A program made the translations under genes and the position numbers. This document shows, in pieces, positions 1 to 14,033 of a stretch of 64,000 nt of DNA. How positions within the stretch are numbered: the first letter of the stretch is position 1; each line of letters begins with the position of its first letter. The DNA comes from the human T2T-CHM13v2.0 reference genome, Homo sapiens, in NCBI RefSeq assembly GCF_009914755.1, contig NC_060927.1. One strand, given 5' to 3'. The notes below the pieces were generated by a model. The model searched no databases. It saw nothing but the letters and a program-made list of their open reading frames with translations, and had not been told where the DNA came from.

Positions 1-18
1 ATATATTATATACTCTAC

Positions 19-554
19 ATGAAATATCAAAGTTCACAAACTATATATTGTATACTGTCCATAAAATATCAAAGTACCCAAGGTATATATTCTATACTGT
101 ACAAAAAATATCAAAGTACCCAAAGGATGTATTATATAATGTACATAAAATATGAAAGTACATCAAATATATATTTTATTCTGTACATAAAATATCAAAG
201 AACACCAGATATATATTCTATAGTGTACATAAAATATCAAAGTACCCAAACTATACATTATATACTGTACATAAAATATGAAATTACATCATATATATAT
301 TAGGTACATAAAATATGAAAGTACATCAAATATATATTTTATTCTGTACATAAAATATCAAAGTACACCAGATATATATTCTATAGTGTACATAAAATAA
401 CAAAGTACACAAACTATAAATTATATACTGTACATAAAATATGAAATTACATCAAATATATATTAGGTACATAAAATATGAAAGTACATCAAATATAGAT
501 TATATACTGTACATATAATATCAATGTACCCAAAATATATATTTTATACTCTAC
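19..554 (+). repeat. 536-bp 13-mer HOR variant (M1-M6, M7del5, M4-M6, M7del5, M8, M9)
   Basis: M1 starts at 19 and 555; 13x42-10=536. The same spacing starts at 932, 3311, 4602, 5893, 11358, 24420, 29106, 37969, 45655, 59439 and 62558. Confidence 0.9.
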
Positions 555-1800
555 ATGAAATATCAAAGTTCACAAACCATATATTGTATACTGCACATAA
601 AATATCAAAATACCCAAGGTATATATTCTATACTGTACAAAAAATATCAAAGTACCCAAAGCAGGTATTATATACTGTATATAAAATATGAAAGTACATC
701 AAATATATATTTTATTCTGTACAAAAAATATCAAAGTACACCAGATATATATTCTATAGTGTACATAAAATATCAAGGTACCCAAACTATACATTATATA
801 CTGTACATAAAATATGAAATTACATCAAATATATATTATATTAGGTACATAAAATACGAAAGTACATCAAATATAGATTATATACTGTACATAAAATATC
901 AAAGTACCCCAATATATATTATATACTGTACATGAAATATCAAAGTTCACAAACTATATATTATGTACTGTACATAAAATATCAAAGTACCCAAGGTATA
1001 TATTCTATACTGTACAAAAAATATCAAAGTACCCAAAGCATGTATTATATAATGTACATAAAATATGAAAGTACATCAAATATATATTTTATTCTGTACA
1101 TAAAATATCAAAGAACACCAGATATATATTCTATAGTGTACATAAAATATCAAAGTACCCAAACTATACATTATATACTGTACATAAAATATGAAATTAC
1201 ATCATATATATATTAGGTACATAAAATATGAAAGTACATCAAATATATATTTTATTCTGTACATAAAATATCAAAGTACACCAGATATATATTCTATAGT
1301 GTACATAAAATAACAAAGTACACAAACTATAAATTATATACTGTACATAAAATATGAAATAACATCAAATATATAGTAGGTACATAAAATATGAAAGTAC
1401 ATCAAATATAGATTATATACTGTACATATAATATCAATGTACCCAAAATATATATTTTATACTCTACATGAAATATCAAAGTTCACAAACCATATATTGT
1501 ATACTGCACATAAAATATCAAAATACCCAAGGTATATATTCTATACTGTACAAAAAATATCAAAGTACCCAAAGCAGGTATTATATACTGTACATAAAAT
1601 ATGAAAGTACATCAAATATATATTTTATTCTGTACATAAAATATCAAAGTACACCAGATATATATTCTATAGCGTACATAAAATATCAAAGTACACAAAC
1701 TATACATTATATACTGTACATAAAATATGAAATTACATCAAATATATATTATATTAGGTACATAAAATATGAAAGTACATCAAATATAGATTATATACTG
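19..1800 (+). repeat. Local tandem duplication, 913-bp period (536+377); end approximate
   Basis: Matching variant units at 19/932 and 555/1468, both offset 913. Confidence 0.8.
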
Positions 1801-2223
1801 TAAATATAATATCAATGTACCCCAAATATATATTTTATACTCTACATGAAATATCAAAGTTCACAAACCATATATTATATACTGTACATAAAATATCAAA
1901 GTACCCAAGGTATATATTCTATACTGTACAAAAAATATCAAAGTACCCAAAGCATGTATTATACACTGTACATAAAATATGAAAGTACATCAAATATATA
2001 TTTTATTCTGTACATAAAATATCAAAGTACACCAGATATATATTCTATAGTGTACATAAAATATCAAAGTACCCAAACTATACATTACATACTGTACATA
2101 AAATATGAAATTACATCAAATATATATTATAATAGGTACATAAAATATGAAAGTACATCAAATATAGATTATATACTGTACATTAAATACGAAAGTACCC
2201 CAAATATATATTTTATACTGTAC

Positions 2224-2559
2224 ATGAAATATTAAAGTACCCAAGGTATATATTCTATACTGTACAAAAAATATCAAAGTACCCAAAGCATGTATTACAA
2301 ACTGTACATAAAATATGAAAGTCCATCAAATATATATTTTATTCTGTACATAAAATATCAAAGTACACCAGATATATATTCTATAGTGTACATAAAATAT
2401 CAAAGTACCCAAACTATACATTATATACTGTACATAAAATATGAAATTACATCAAATATATATTATATTAGGTACATAAAATATGAAAGTACATCAAATA
2501 TAGATTATATACTGTACATTAAGTACCAAAGTACCCCAAATATATATTTTATACTGTAC
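2224..2559 (+). repeat. 336-bp 8-mer HOR variant (M1/M2 fusion)
   Basis: atgaaatat runs directly into aagtacccaaggt. Also at 7804, 19560 and 47953, always linked to tattacaaactg and an upstream tataataggtac. Confidence 0.88.
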
Positions 2560-2937
2560 ATGAAATATCAAAGTTCACAAACTATATATTATATACTGTA
2601 CATAAAATATCAAAGTACCCAAGGTATATATTCTATACTGTACAAAAAATATCAAAGTACCCAAAGCATGTATTATATACTGTACATAAAGTATGAAAGT
2701 ACATCAAATATATATTTTATTCTGTACATAAAATATCGAGGTACACCAGATATATATTCTATAGTGTACATAAAATATCAAAGTACCCAAACTATAAATT
2801 ATATACTGTACATAAAATATGAAATTACATCAAATATATATTATATTAGGTACATAAAATATGAAAGGACATCAAATATAGATTATATACTCTACATTAA
2901 ATACCAAAGTACCCCAAATATATATTTTATACTGTAC
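2560..2937 (+). repeat. Representative full-length 378-bp HOR (M1-M9)
   Basis: M1 start atgaaatatcaaagttc at 2560 and the next at 2938, with nine 42-bp monomers between. Confidence 0.93.
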
Positions 2938-3310
2938 ATGAAATATCAAAGTTCACAAAGTATATATTATATACTGTACATAAAATATCAAAGTACCCAA
3001 GGTATATATTCTATACTGTACAAAAGATATCAAAGTACCCAAAGCATGTATTATATACTGTACATAAAATATGAAAGTACATCATATATATATTTTATTC
3101 TGTACATAAAATATTAAAGTACACCAGATATATATTCTATAGTGTACATAAAATATCAAAGTACTCAAACTATACATTATATACTGTACATAAAATATGA
3201 AATTACATCAAATATATATTAAGTACATAAAATATGAAAGTACATCAAATATGGATTATATACTGTACATAAAATATCAATGTACACCAAATATATATTA
3301 TATACTCTAC

Positions 3311-6300
3311 ATGAAATATCAAAGTTCACAAACTATATATTGTATACTGTCCATAAAATATCAAAGTACCCAAGGTATATATTCTATACTGTACAAAAAA
3401 TATCAAAGTACCCAAAGGATGTATTATATAATGTACATAAAATATGAAAGTACATCAAATATATATTTTATTCTGTACATAAAATATCAAAGAACACCAG
3501 ATATATATTCTATAGTGTACATAAAATATCAAAGTACCCAAACTATACATTATATACTGTACATAAAATATGAAATTACATCATATATATATTAGGTACA
3601 TAAAATATGAAAGTACATCAAATAGATATTTTATTCTGTACATAAAATATCAAAGTACACCAGATATATATTCTATAGTGTACATAAAATAACAAAGTAC
3701 ACAAACTATAAATTATATACTGTACATAAAATATGAAATTACATCAAATATATATTAGGTACATAAAATATGAAAGTACATCAAATATAGATTATATACT
3801 GTACATATAATATCAATGTACCCGAAATATATATTTTATACTCTACATGAAATATCAAAGTTCACAAACCATATATTGTATACTGCACATAAAATATCAA
3901 AATACCCAAGGTATATATTCTATACTGTACAAAAAATATCAAAGTACCCAAAGCAGGTATTATATACTGTACATAAAATATGAAAGTACATCAAATATAT
4001 ATTTTATTCTGTACATAAAATATCAAAGTACACCAGATATATATGCTATAGCGTACATAAAATATCAAAGTACACAAACTATACATTATATACTGTACAT
4101 AAAATATGAAATTACATCAAATATATATTATATTAGGTACATAAAATATGAAAGTACATCAAATATAGATTATATACTGTACATTAAATACCAAAGTACC
4201 CCAAATATATATTTTATACTGTACATGAAATTTCAAAGTTCACAAACTATATATTATATACTGTACATAAAATATCAAAGTACCCAAGGTATATATTCTA
4301 TACTGTGCAAAAAATATCAAAGTACCCAAAGCATGTATTATATACTGTATATAAAATATGAAAGTACATCAAATATATATTTTATTCTGTACATAAAATA
4401 TCAATGTACACCAGATATATATTCTATAGTGTACATAAAATATCAAAGTACCCAAACTATACATTATATACTGTACATAAAATATGAAATTACATCAAAT
4501 ATATATTATATTAGGTACATAAAATACGAAAGTACATCAAATATAGATTATATACTGTACATAAAATATCAAAGTACCCCAATATATATTATATACTGTA
4601 CATGAAATATCAAAGTTCACAAACTATATATTATGTACTGTACATAAAATATCAAAGTACCCAAGGTATATATTCTATACTGTACAAAAAATATCAAAGT
4701 ACCCAAAGCATGTATTATATAATGTACATAAAATATGAAAGTACATCAAATATATATTTTATTCTGTACATAAAATATCAAAGAACACCAGATATATATT
4801 CTATAGTGTACATAAAATATCAAAGTACTCAAACTATACATTATATACTGTACATAAAATATGAAATTACATCAAATATATATTAGGTACATAAAATATG
4901 AAAGTACATCAAATATATATTTTATTCTGTACATAAAATATCAAAGTACACCAGATATATATTCTATAGTGTACATAAAATAACAAAGTACACAAACTAT
5001 AAATTATATAATGTACATAAAATATGAAATTACATCAAATATATATTAGGTACATAAAATATGAAAGTACATCAAATATAGATTATATACTGTACATATA
5101 ATATCAATGTACCCGAAATATATATTTTATACTCTACATGAAATATCAAAGTTCACAAACCATATATTGTATACTGCACATAAAATATCAAAATACCCAA
5201 GGTATATATTCTATACTGTACAAAAAATATCAAAGTACCCAAAGCAGGTATTATATACTGTACATAAAATATGAAAGTACATCAAATATATATTTTATTC
5301 TGTACATAAAATATCAAAGTACACCAGATATATATTCTATAGTGTACATAAAATATCAAAGTACCCAAACTATACATTATATACTGTACATAAAATATGA
5401 AATTACAGCAAATATATATTATATTAGGTACATAAAATATGAAAGTACATCAAATATAGATTATATACTGTACATTAAATACCAAAGTACCCCAAATATA
5501 TATTTTATACTGTACATGAAATATCAAAGTTCACAAACTATATATTATATACTGTACATAAAATATCAATGTACCCAAGGTATATATTCTATACTGCACA
5601 AAAAATATCAAAGTACCCAAAGCATGTATTATATACTGTATATAAAATATGAAAGTACATCAAATATATATTTTATTCTGTACATAAAATATCAAAGTAC
5701 ACCAGATATATATTCTATAGTGTACATAAAATATCAAAGTACCCAAACTATACATTATATACTGTACATAAAATATGAAATTACATCAAATATATATTAT
5801 ATTAGGTACATAAAATACGAAAGTACATCAAATATAGATTATATACTGTACATAAAATATCAAAGTACCCCAATATATATTATATACTGTACATGAAATA
5901 TCAAAGTTCACAAACTATATATTATGTACTGTACAGAAAATATCAAAGTACCCAAGGTATATATTCTATACTGTACAAAAAATATCAAAGTACCCAAAGC
6001 ATGTATTATATAATGTACATAAAATATGAAAGTACATCAAATATATATTTTATTCTGTACATAAAATATCAAAGAACACCAGATATATATTCTATAGTGT
6101 ACATAAAATATCAAAGTACCCAAACTATACATTATATACTGTACATAAAATATGAAATTACATCATATATATATTAGGTACATAAAATATGAAAGTACAT
6201 CAAATATATATTTTATTCTGTACATAAAATATCAAAGTACACCAGATATATATTCTATAGTGTACATAAAATAACAAAGTACACAAACTATAAATTATAT

Positions 6301-6801
6301 ACTGTACATAAAATATGAAATTACATCAAATATATATTAGGTACATAAAATATGAAAGTACATCAAATATAGATTATATACTATACATATAATATCAATG
6401 TACCCGAAATATATATTTTATACTCTACATGAAATATCAAAGTTCACAAACCATATATTGTATACTGCACATAAAATATCAAAATACCCAAGGTATATAT
6501 TCTATACTGTACAAAAAATGTCAAAGTACCCAAAGCAGGTATTATATACTGTACATAAAATATGAAAGTACATCAAATATATATTTTATTCTGTACATAA
6601 AATATCAAAGTACACCAGATATATATTCTATAGCGTACATGAAATATCAAAGTACACAAACTATACATTATATACTGTACATAAAATATGAAATTACATC
6701 AAATATATATTAGGTACATAAAATATGAAAGTACATCAAATATAGATTATATACTGTAAATATAATATCAATGTACCCCAAATATATATTTTATACTCTA
6801 C
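3311..6801 (+). repeat. About 2.7 tandem copies of a 1291-bp unit (536+378+377)
   Basis: Equivalent starts at 3311/4602/5893 and 3847/5138/6429, each 1291 apart. Confidence 0.85.
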
Positions 6802-9800
6802 ATGAAATATCAAAGTTCACAAACCATATATTATATACTGTACATAAAATATCAAAGTACCCAAGGTATATATTCTATACTGTACAAAAAATATCAAAGT
6901 ACACAAAGCATGTATTATATACTGTACATAAAATATGAAATTACATCAAATATATATTAGGTACATAAAATATGAAAGTACATCAAATATAGATTATATA
7001 CTGTACATAAAATATCAAAGTACCCCAAATATATATTATATACTGTACATGTAATATCAAAGTTCACAACTATATATTACATACTGTACATAAATTATCA
7101 AAGTACCCAAGGTATATATTCTATACTGTACAAAAAATATCAAAGTACCCAAAGCATGTATTATATACTGTACATAAAATATGAAAGTACATCAAATATA
7201 TATTTTATTCTGTACATAAAATATCAAAGTACACCAGATATATATTCTATAGTGTATATAAAATATCAAAGTACCCAAACTATACATTATATACTGTACA
7301 TAAAATATGAAATTACATCAAATATATATTATATTAGGTACATAAAATATGAAAGTACATGAAGTATAGATTATATACTGTACATAAAATATCAAAGTAC
7401 CCCAAATTTATATTATATACTATACATGAAATATCAAAGTTCACAAACTATATATTATATACTGTACATAAAATATCAAAGTACCCAAGGTATATATTCT
7501 ATAGTGTACAAAAAATATCAAAGTACCCAAAGCATGTATTATATACCGTACATAAAATATAAAATTACATCAAATATATATTTTATTCTGTACATAAAAT
7601 ATCAAAGTACACCAGATATATATTCTATAGAGTACATAAAATATCAAAGTACCCAAACTATACATTACATACTGTACATAAAATATGAAATTACATCAAA
7701 TATATATTATAATAGGTACATAAAATATGAAAGTACATCAAATATAGATTATATACTGTACATTAAATACGAAAGTACCCCAAATATATATTTTATAGTG
7801 TACATGAAATATCAAAGTACCCAAGGTATATATTCTATACTGTACAAAAAATATCAAAGTACCCAAAGCATGTATTACAAACTGTACATAAAATATGAAA
7901 GTCCATCAAATATATATTTTATTCTGTACATAAAATATCAAAGTACACCAGATATATATTCTATAGTGAACATAAAATATCAAAGTACCCAAACTATACA
8001 TTATATACTGTACATAAAATATGAAATTACATCAAATATATATTATATTAGGTAAATAAAATATGAAAGTACATCAAATATAGATTATATACTGTACATT
8101 AAGTACCAAAGTACCCCAAATATATATTTTATACTGTACATGAAATATCAAAGTTCACAAACTATATATTATATACTGTACATAAAATATGAAATTACAT
8201 CAAATATATATGAGGTACATAAAATATGAAAGTACATCAAATATAGATTATATACTGTACATTAAGTACCAATGTACATCAAATATATATTTTATTCTGT
8301 ACATAAAATATCAAAGTACACCAGATATATATTCTATAGTGTACATAAAATATCAAAGTACCCAAACTATACATTATATACTGTACATAAAATATGAAAT
8401 TACATCAAATATATATTATATTAGGTAAATGAAATATGAAAGTACATCAAATATAGATTATATACTGTACATAAAATATGAAAGTACCCCAAATATATAT
8501 TATATACTCTACATGAAATATCAAAGTTCACAAACTATATATTATATACTGTACATAAAATATCAAAGTAGCCAAGGTATATATTCTATACTGTACAAAA
8601 AATATCAAAGTATCCAAAGCATGTATTATATACTGTATATAAAATATGAAAGTACATCAAATATATATTTTATTCTGTACATAAAATATCAAAGTACACC
8701 AGATATATATTCTATAGTGTACATAAAATATCAAAGTACCCAAACTATACATTATATACTGTACATAAAATATGAAATTACAGCAAATATATATTATATT
8801 AGGTACATAAAATATGAAAGTACATCAAATATAGATTATATACTGTACATTAAATACCAAAGTACCCCAAATATATATTTTATACTGTACATGAAATATC
8901 AAAGTTCACAAATTATATATTATATACTGTACATAAAATATCAATGTACCCAAGGTATATATTCTATACTGCACAAAAAATATCAAAGTACCCAAAGCAT
9001 GTATTATATACTGTATATAAAATATGAAAGTACATCAAATATATATTTTATTCTGTACATAAAATATCAAAGTACACCAGATATATATTCTATAGTGTAC
9101 ATAAAATATCAAAGTACCCAAACTATACATTATATACTGTACATAATATATGAAATTACATCAAATATATATTATATTAGGTACATAAAATACGAAAGTA
9201 CATCAAATATAGATTATATACTGTACATAAAATATGAAAGTACCCCAATATATATTATATACTCTACATGAAATATCAAAGTTTACAAACTATATATTAT
9301 GTACTGTACATAAAATATCAAAGTACCCAAGGTATATATTCTATACTGTACAAAAAATATCAAAGTACCCAAAGCATGTATTATATAATGTACATAAAAT
9401 ATGAAAGTACATCAAATATATATTTTATTCTGTACATAAAATATCAAAGAACACCAGATATATATTCTATAGTGTACATAAAATATCAAAGTACCCAAAC
9501 TATACATTATATACTGTACATAAAATATGAAATTACATCAAATATATATTATATTAGGTACATAAAATATGAAAGTACATCAAATATAGATTATATACTG
9601 TAAATATAATATCAATGTACCCCAAATATATATTTTATACTCTACATGAAATATCAAAGTTCACAAACCATATATTATATACTGTACATAAAATATCAAA
9701 GTACCCAAGGTATATATTCTATACTGTACAAAAAATATCAAAGTACCCAAAGCATGTATTATATACTATACCTAAAATATGAAAGTACATCAAATATATA

Positions 9801-12800
9801 TTTTATTCTGTACATAAAATATCAAAGTACACCAGATATATATTCTACAGTGTACATAAAATATCAAAGTACCCAAACTATACATTATATACTGTACATA
9901 AAATATGAAATTACATCAAATATATATTATATTAGGTACATAAAATACGAAAGTACATCAAATATAGATTATATACTGTACATAAAATATCAAAGTACCC
10001 CAATATATATTATATACTGTACATGAAATATCAAAGTTCACAAACTATATATTATGTACTGTACATAAAATATCAAAGTACCCAAGGTATATATTCTATA
10101 CTTTACAAAAAATATCAAAGTACCCAAAGCATGTATTATATAATGTACATAAAATATGAAAGTACATCAAATATATATTTTATTCTGTACATAAAATATC
10201 AAAGTACACCAGATATATATTCTATAGTGTACATAAAATATCAAAGTACCCAAACTATACATTATATACTGTACATAAAATATGAAATTACATCAAATAT
10301 ATATTATATTAGGTACATAAAATACGAAAGTACATCAAATATAGATTATATACTGTACATAAAATATGAAAGTACCCCAATATATATTATATACTCTACA
10401 TGAAATATCAAAGTTCACAAACTATATATTATGTACTGTACATAAAATATCAAACTACCCAAGGTATATATTCCATACTGTACAAAAAATATCAAAGTAC
10501 CCAAAGCATGTATTATATAATGTACATAAAATATGAAAGTACATCAAATATATATTTTATTCTGTACATAAAATATCAAAGAACACCAGATATATATTCT
10601 ATAGTGTACATAAAATATCAAAGTACCCAAACTATACATTATATACTGTACATAAAATATGAAATTACATCAAATATATATTATATTAGGTACATAAAAT
10701 ATGAAAGTACATCAAATATAGATTATATACTGTAAATATAATATCAATGTACCCCAAATATATATTTTATACTCTACATGAAATATCAAAGTTCACAAAC
10801 CATATATTATATACTGTACATAAAATATCAAAGTACCCAAGGTATATATTCTATACTGTACAAAAAATATCAAAGTACCCAAAGCATGTATTATATACTG
10901 TATATAAAATATGAAAGTACATCAAATATATATTTTATTCTGTACATAAAATATCAAAGTACACCAGATATATATTCTATAGTGTACATAAAATAACAAA
11001 GTACACAAACTATAAATTATATCCTGTACATAAAATATGAAATTACATCAAATATATATTAGGTACATAAAATATGAAAGTACATCAAATATAGATTATA
11101 TACTGTACATTAAGTACCAAAGTACACCAAATATATATTTTATTCTGTACATAAAATATCAAAGTACACCAGATATATATTCTATAGTGTACATAAAATA
11201 TCAAAGTACCCAAACTATACATTATATACTGTACATAAAATATGAAATTACATCAAATATATATATTAGGTAAATGAAATATGAAAGTACATCAAATATA
11301 GATTATATACTGTACATAAAATATCAAAGTACCCCAAATATATATTATATACTGTACATGAAATATCAAAGTTCACAAACTATATATTATGTACTGTACA
11401 TAAAATATCAAAGTACCCAAGGTAAATATTCTATACTGTACAAAAAATATCAAAGTACCCAAAGCATGTATTATATAATGTACATAAAATATGAAAGTAC
11501 ATCAAATATATATTTTATTCTGTACATAAAATATCAAAGAACACCAGATATATATTCTATAGTGTACATAAAATATCAAAGTACTCAAACTATACATTAT
11601 ATACTGTACATAAAATATGAAATTACATCAAATATATATTAGGTACATAAAAGATGAAAGTACATCAAATATATATTTTATTCTGTACATAAAATATCAA
11701 AGTACACCAGATATATATTCTATAGTGTACATAAAATAACAAAGTACACAAACTATAAATTATATAATGTACATAAAATATGAAATTACATCAAATATAT
11801 ATTAGGTACATAAAATATGAAAGTACATCAAATATAGATTATATACTGTACATATAATATCAATGTACCCGAAATATATATTTTATACTCTACATGAAAT
11901 ATCAAAGTTCACAAACCATATATTGTATACTGCACATAAAATATCAAAATACCCAAGGTATATATTCTATACTGTACAAAAAATATCAAAGTACCCAAAG
12001 CAGGTATTATATACTGTACATAAAATATGAAAGTACATCAAATATATATTTTATTCTGTACATAAAATATCAAAGTACACCAGATATATATTCTATAGCG
12101 TACATAAAATATCAAAGTACACAAACTATACATTATATACTGTACATAAAATATGAAATTACATCAAATATATATTATATTAGGTACATAAAATATGAAA
12201 GTACATCAAATATAGATTATATACTGTACATTAAATACCAAAGTACCCCAAATATATATTTTATACTGAACATGAAATTTCAAAGTTCACAAACTATATA
12301 TTATATACTGTACATAAAATATCAAAGTACACAAGGTATATATTCTATACTGTGCAAAAAATATCAAACTACCCAAAGCATGTATTATATACTGTATATA
12401 AAATATGAAAGTACATCAAATATATATTTTATTCTGTACATAAAATGTGAAAGTACACCAGATATATATTCTATAGTGTACAAAAAATATCAAAGTACCC
12501 AAACTATACATTATATACTGTACATAAAATATGAAATTACATCAAATATATATTATATTAGGTACATAAAATACGAAAGTACATCAAATATAGATTATAT
12601 ACTGTACATAAAATATCAAAGTACCCCAATATATATTATATACTGTACATGAAATATCAAAGTTCACAAACTATATATTATGTACTGTACATAAAATATC
12701 AAAGTACCCAAGGTATATATTCTATACTGTACAAAAAATATCAAAGTACCCAAAGCATGTATTATATAATGTACATAAAATATGAAAGTACATCAAATAT

Positions 12801-13782
12801 ATATTTTATTCTGTACATAAAATATCAAAGAACACCAGATATATATTCTATAGTGTACATAAAATATCAAAGTACCCAAACTATACATTATATACTGTAC
12901 ATAAAATATGAAATTACATCAAATATATATTATATTAGGTACATAAAATATGAAAGTACATCAAATATAGATTATATACTGTACATAAAATATCAAAGTA
13001 CCCCAAATATATATTTTATACTCTACATGAAATATCAAACTTCACAAACCATACATTACATACTTTCCATAAAATATCAAAGTACCCATGGCATATATTC
13101 TATACTGTACAAAAGATATCAAAGTACCCAAAGCATGTATTATATACTGTACATAAAATATGAAAGTACATCAAATATATATTTTATTCTGTACATAAAA
13201 TATCAAAGTACACCAGATATATATTGTATAGTGTACATAAAATATCAAAGTACCCAAACTATATATTATATACTGTACATAAAATATGAAATTACATCAA
13301 ATATGTATTATATTAGGTACATAAAATATGAAAGTACATCAAATATAGGTTATATACCGTACATAAAATATCAAAGTACCCCAAATATATATTATATACT
13401 ATACATGAAATATCAAATATCACAAACTATATATTATATACTGTACATAAAATATCAAAGTACCCAATGTATATATTCTATAGTGTACAAAAAATATCAA
13501 AGTACCCAAAGCATGTATTATATACTGTACATAAAATATAAAAGTACATCAAATATATATTTTATTCTGTACATAAAATATGAAAGTACACCAGATATAT
13601 ATTCTATAGTGTACATAAAATATCAAAGTACCCAAACTATACATTATATACTGTACATAAAATATGAAATTACATCAAATATATATTATATTAGGTACTT
13701 AAAATATGAAAGTACATCAAATATAGATTATATACTGTACATAAAATATCAAAGTACCCCAAATATATATTATATACTGTAC

Positions 13783-14033
13783 ATGAAATATCAAAGTTCA
13801 CAACTATATATTATATACTGTACATAAAATATCAAAGTCCCCAAGGTATATATTCTATACTGTACAAAAAATATCAAAGTACACAAAGCATGTATTATAT
13901 ACTGTACATAAAATATGAAATTACATCAAATATATATTATATTAGGTACATAAAATATGAAAGTACATCAAATATAGATTATATACTGTACATAAAATAT
14001 CAAAGTACCCCAAATATATATTATATACTGTAC
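13783..14033 (+). repeat. 251-bp 6-mer HOR variant (M1del1, M2, M3, M7, M8, M9)
   Basis: M3 is followed directly by M7 and the next unit starts atgtaatatc at 14034. Also at 18554-18804, 46947-47197, 6802-7048 (247 bp) and 63850 to the window end. Confidence 0.88.

Noticed and set aside
932-935. ATGA stop/start overlaps and TAA-ATG abutments resembling translationally coupled operons
   Set aside because: They result from a 1-bp deletion in M9 or the ggtaaatg variant in front of repeat-encoded ATGs.
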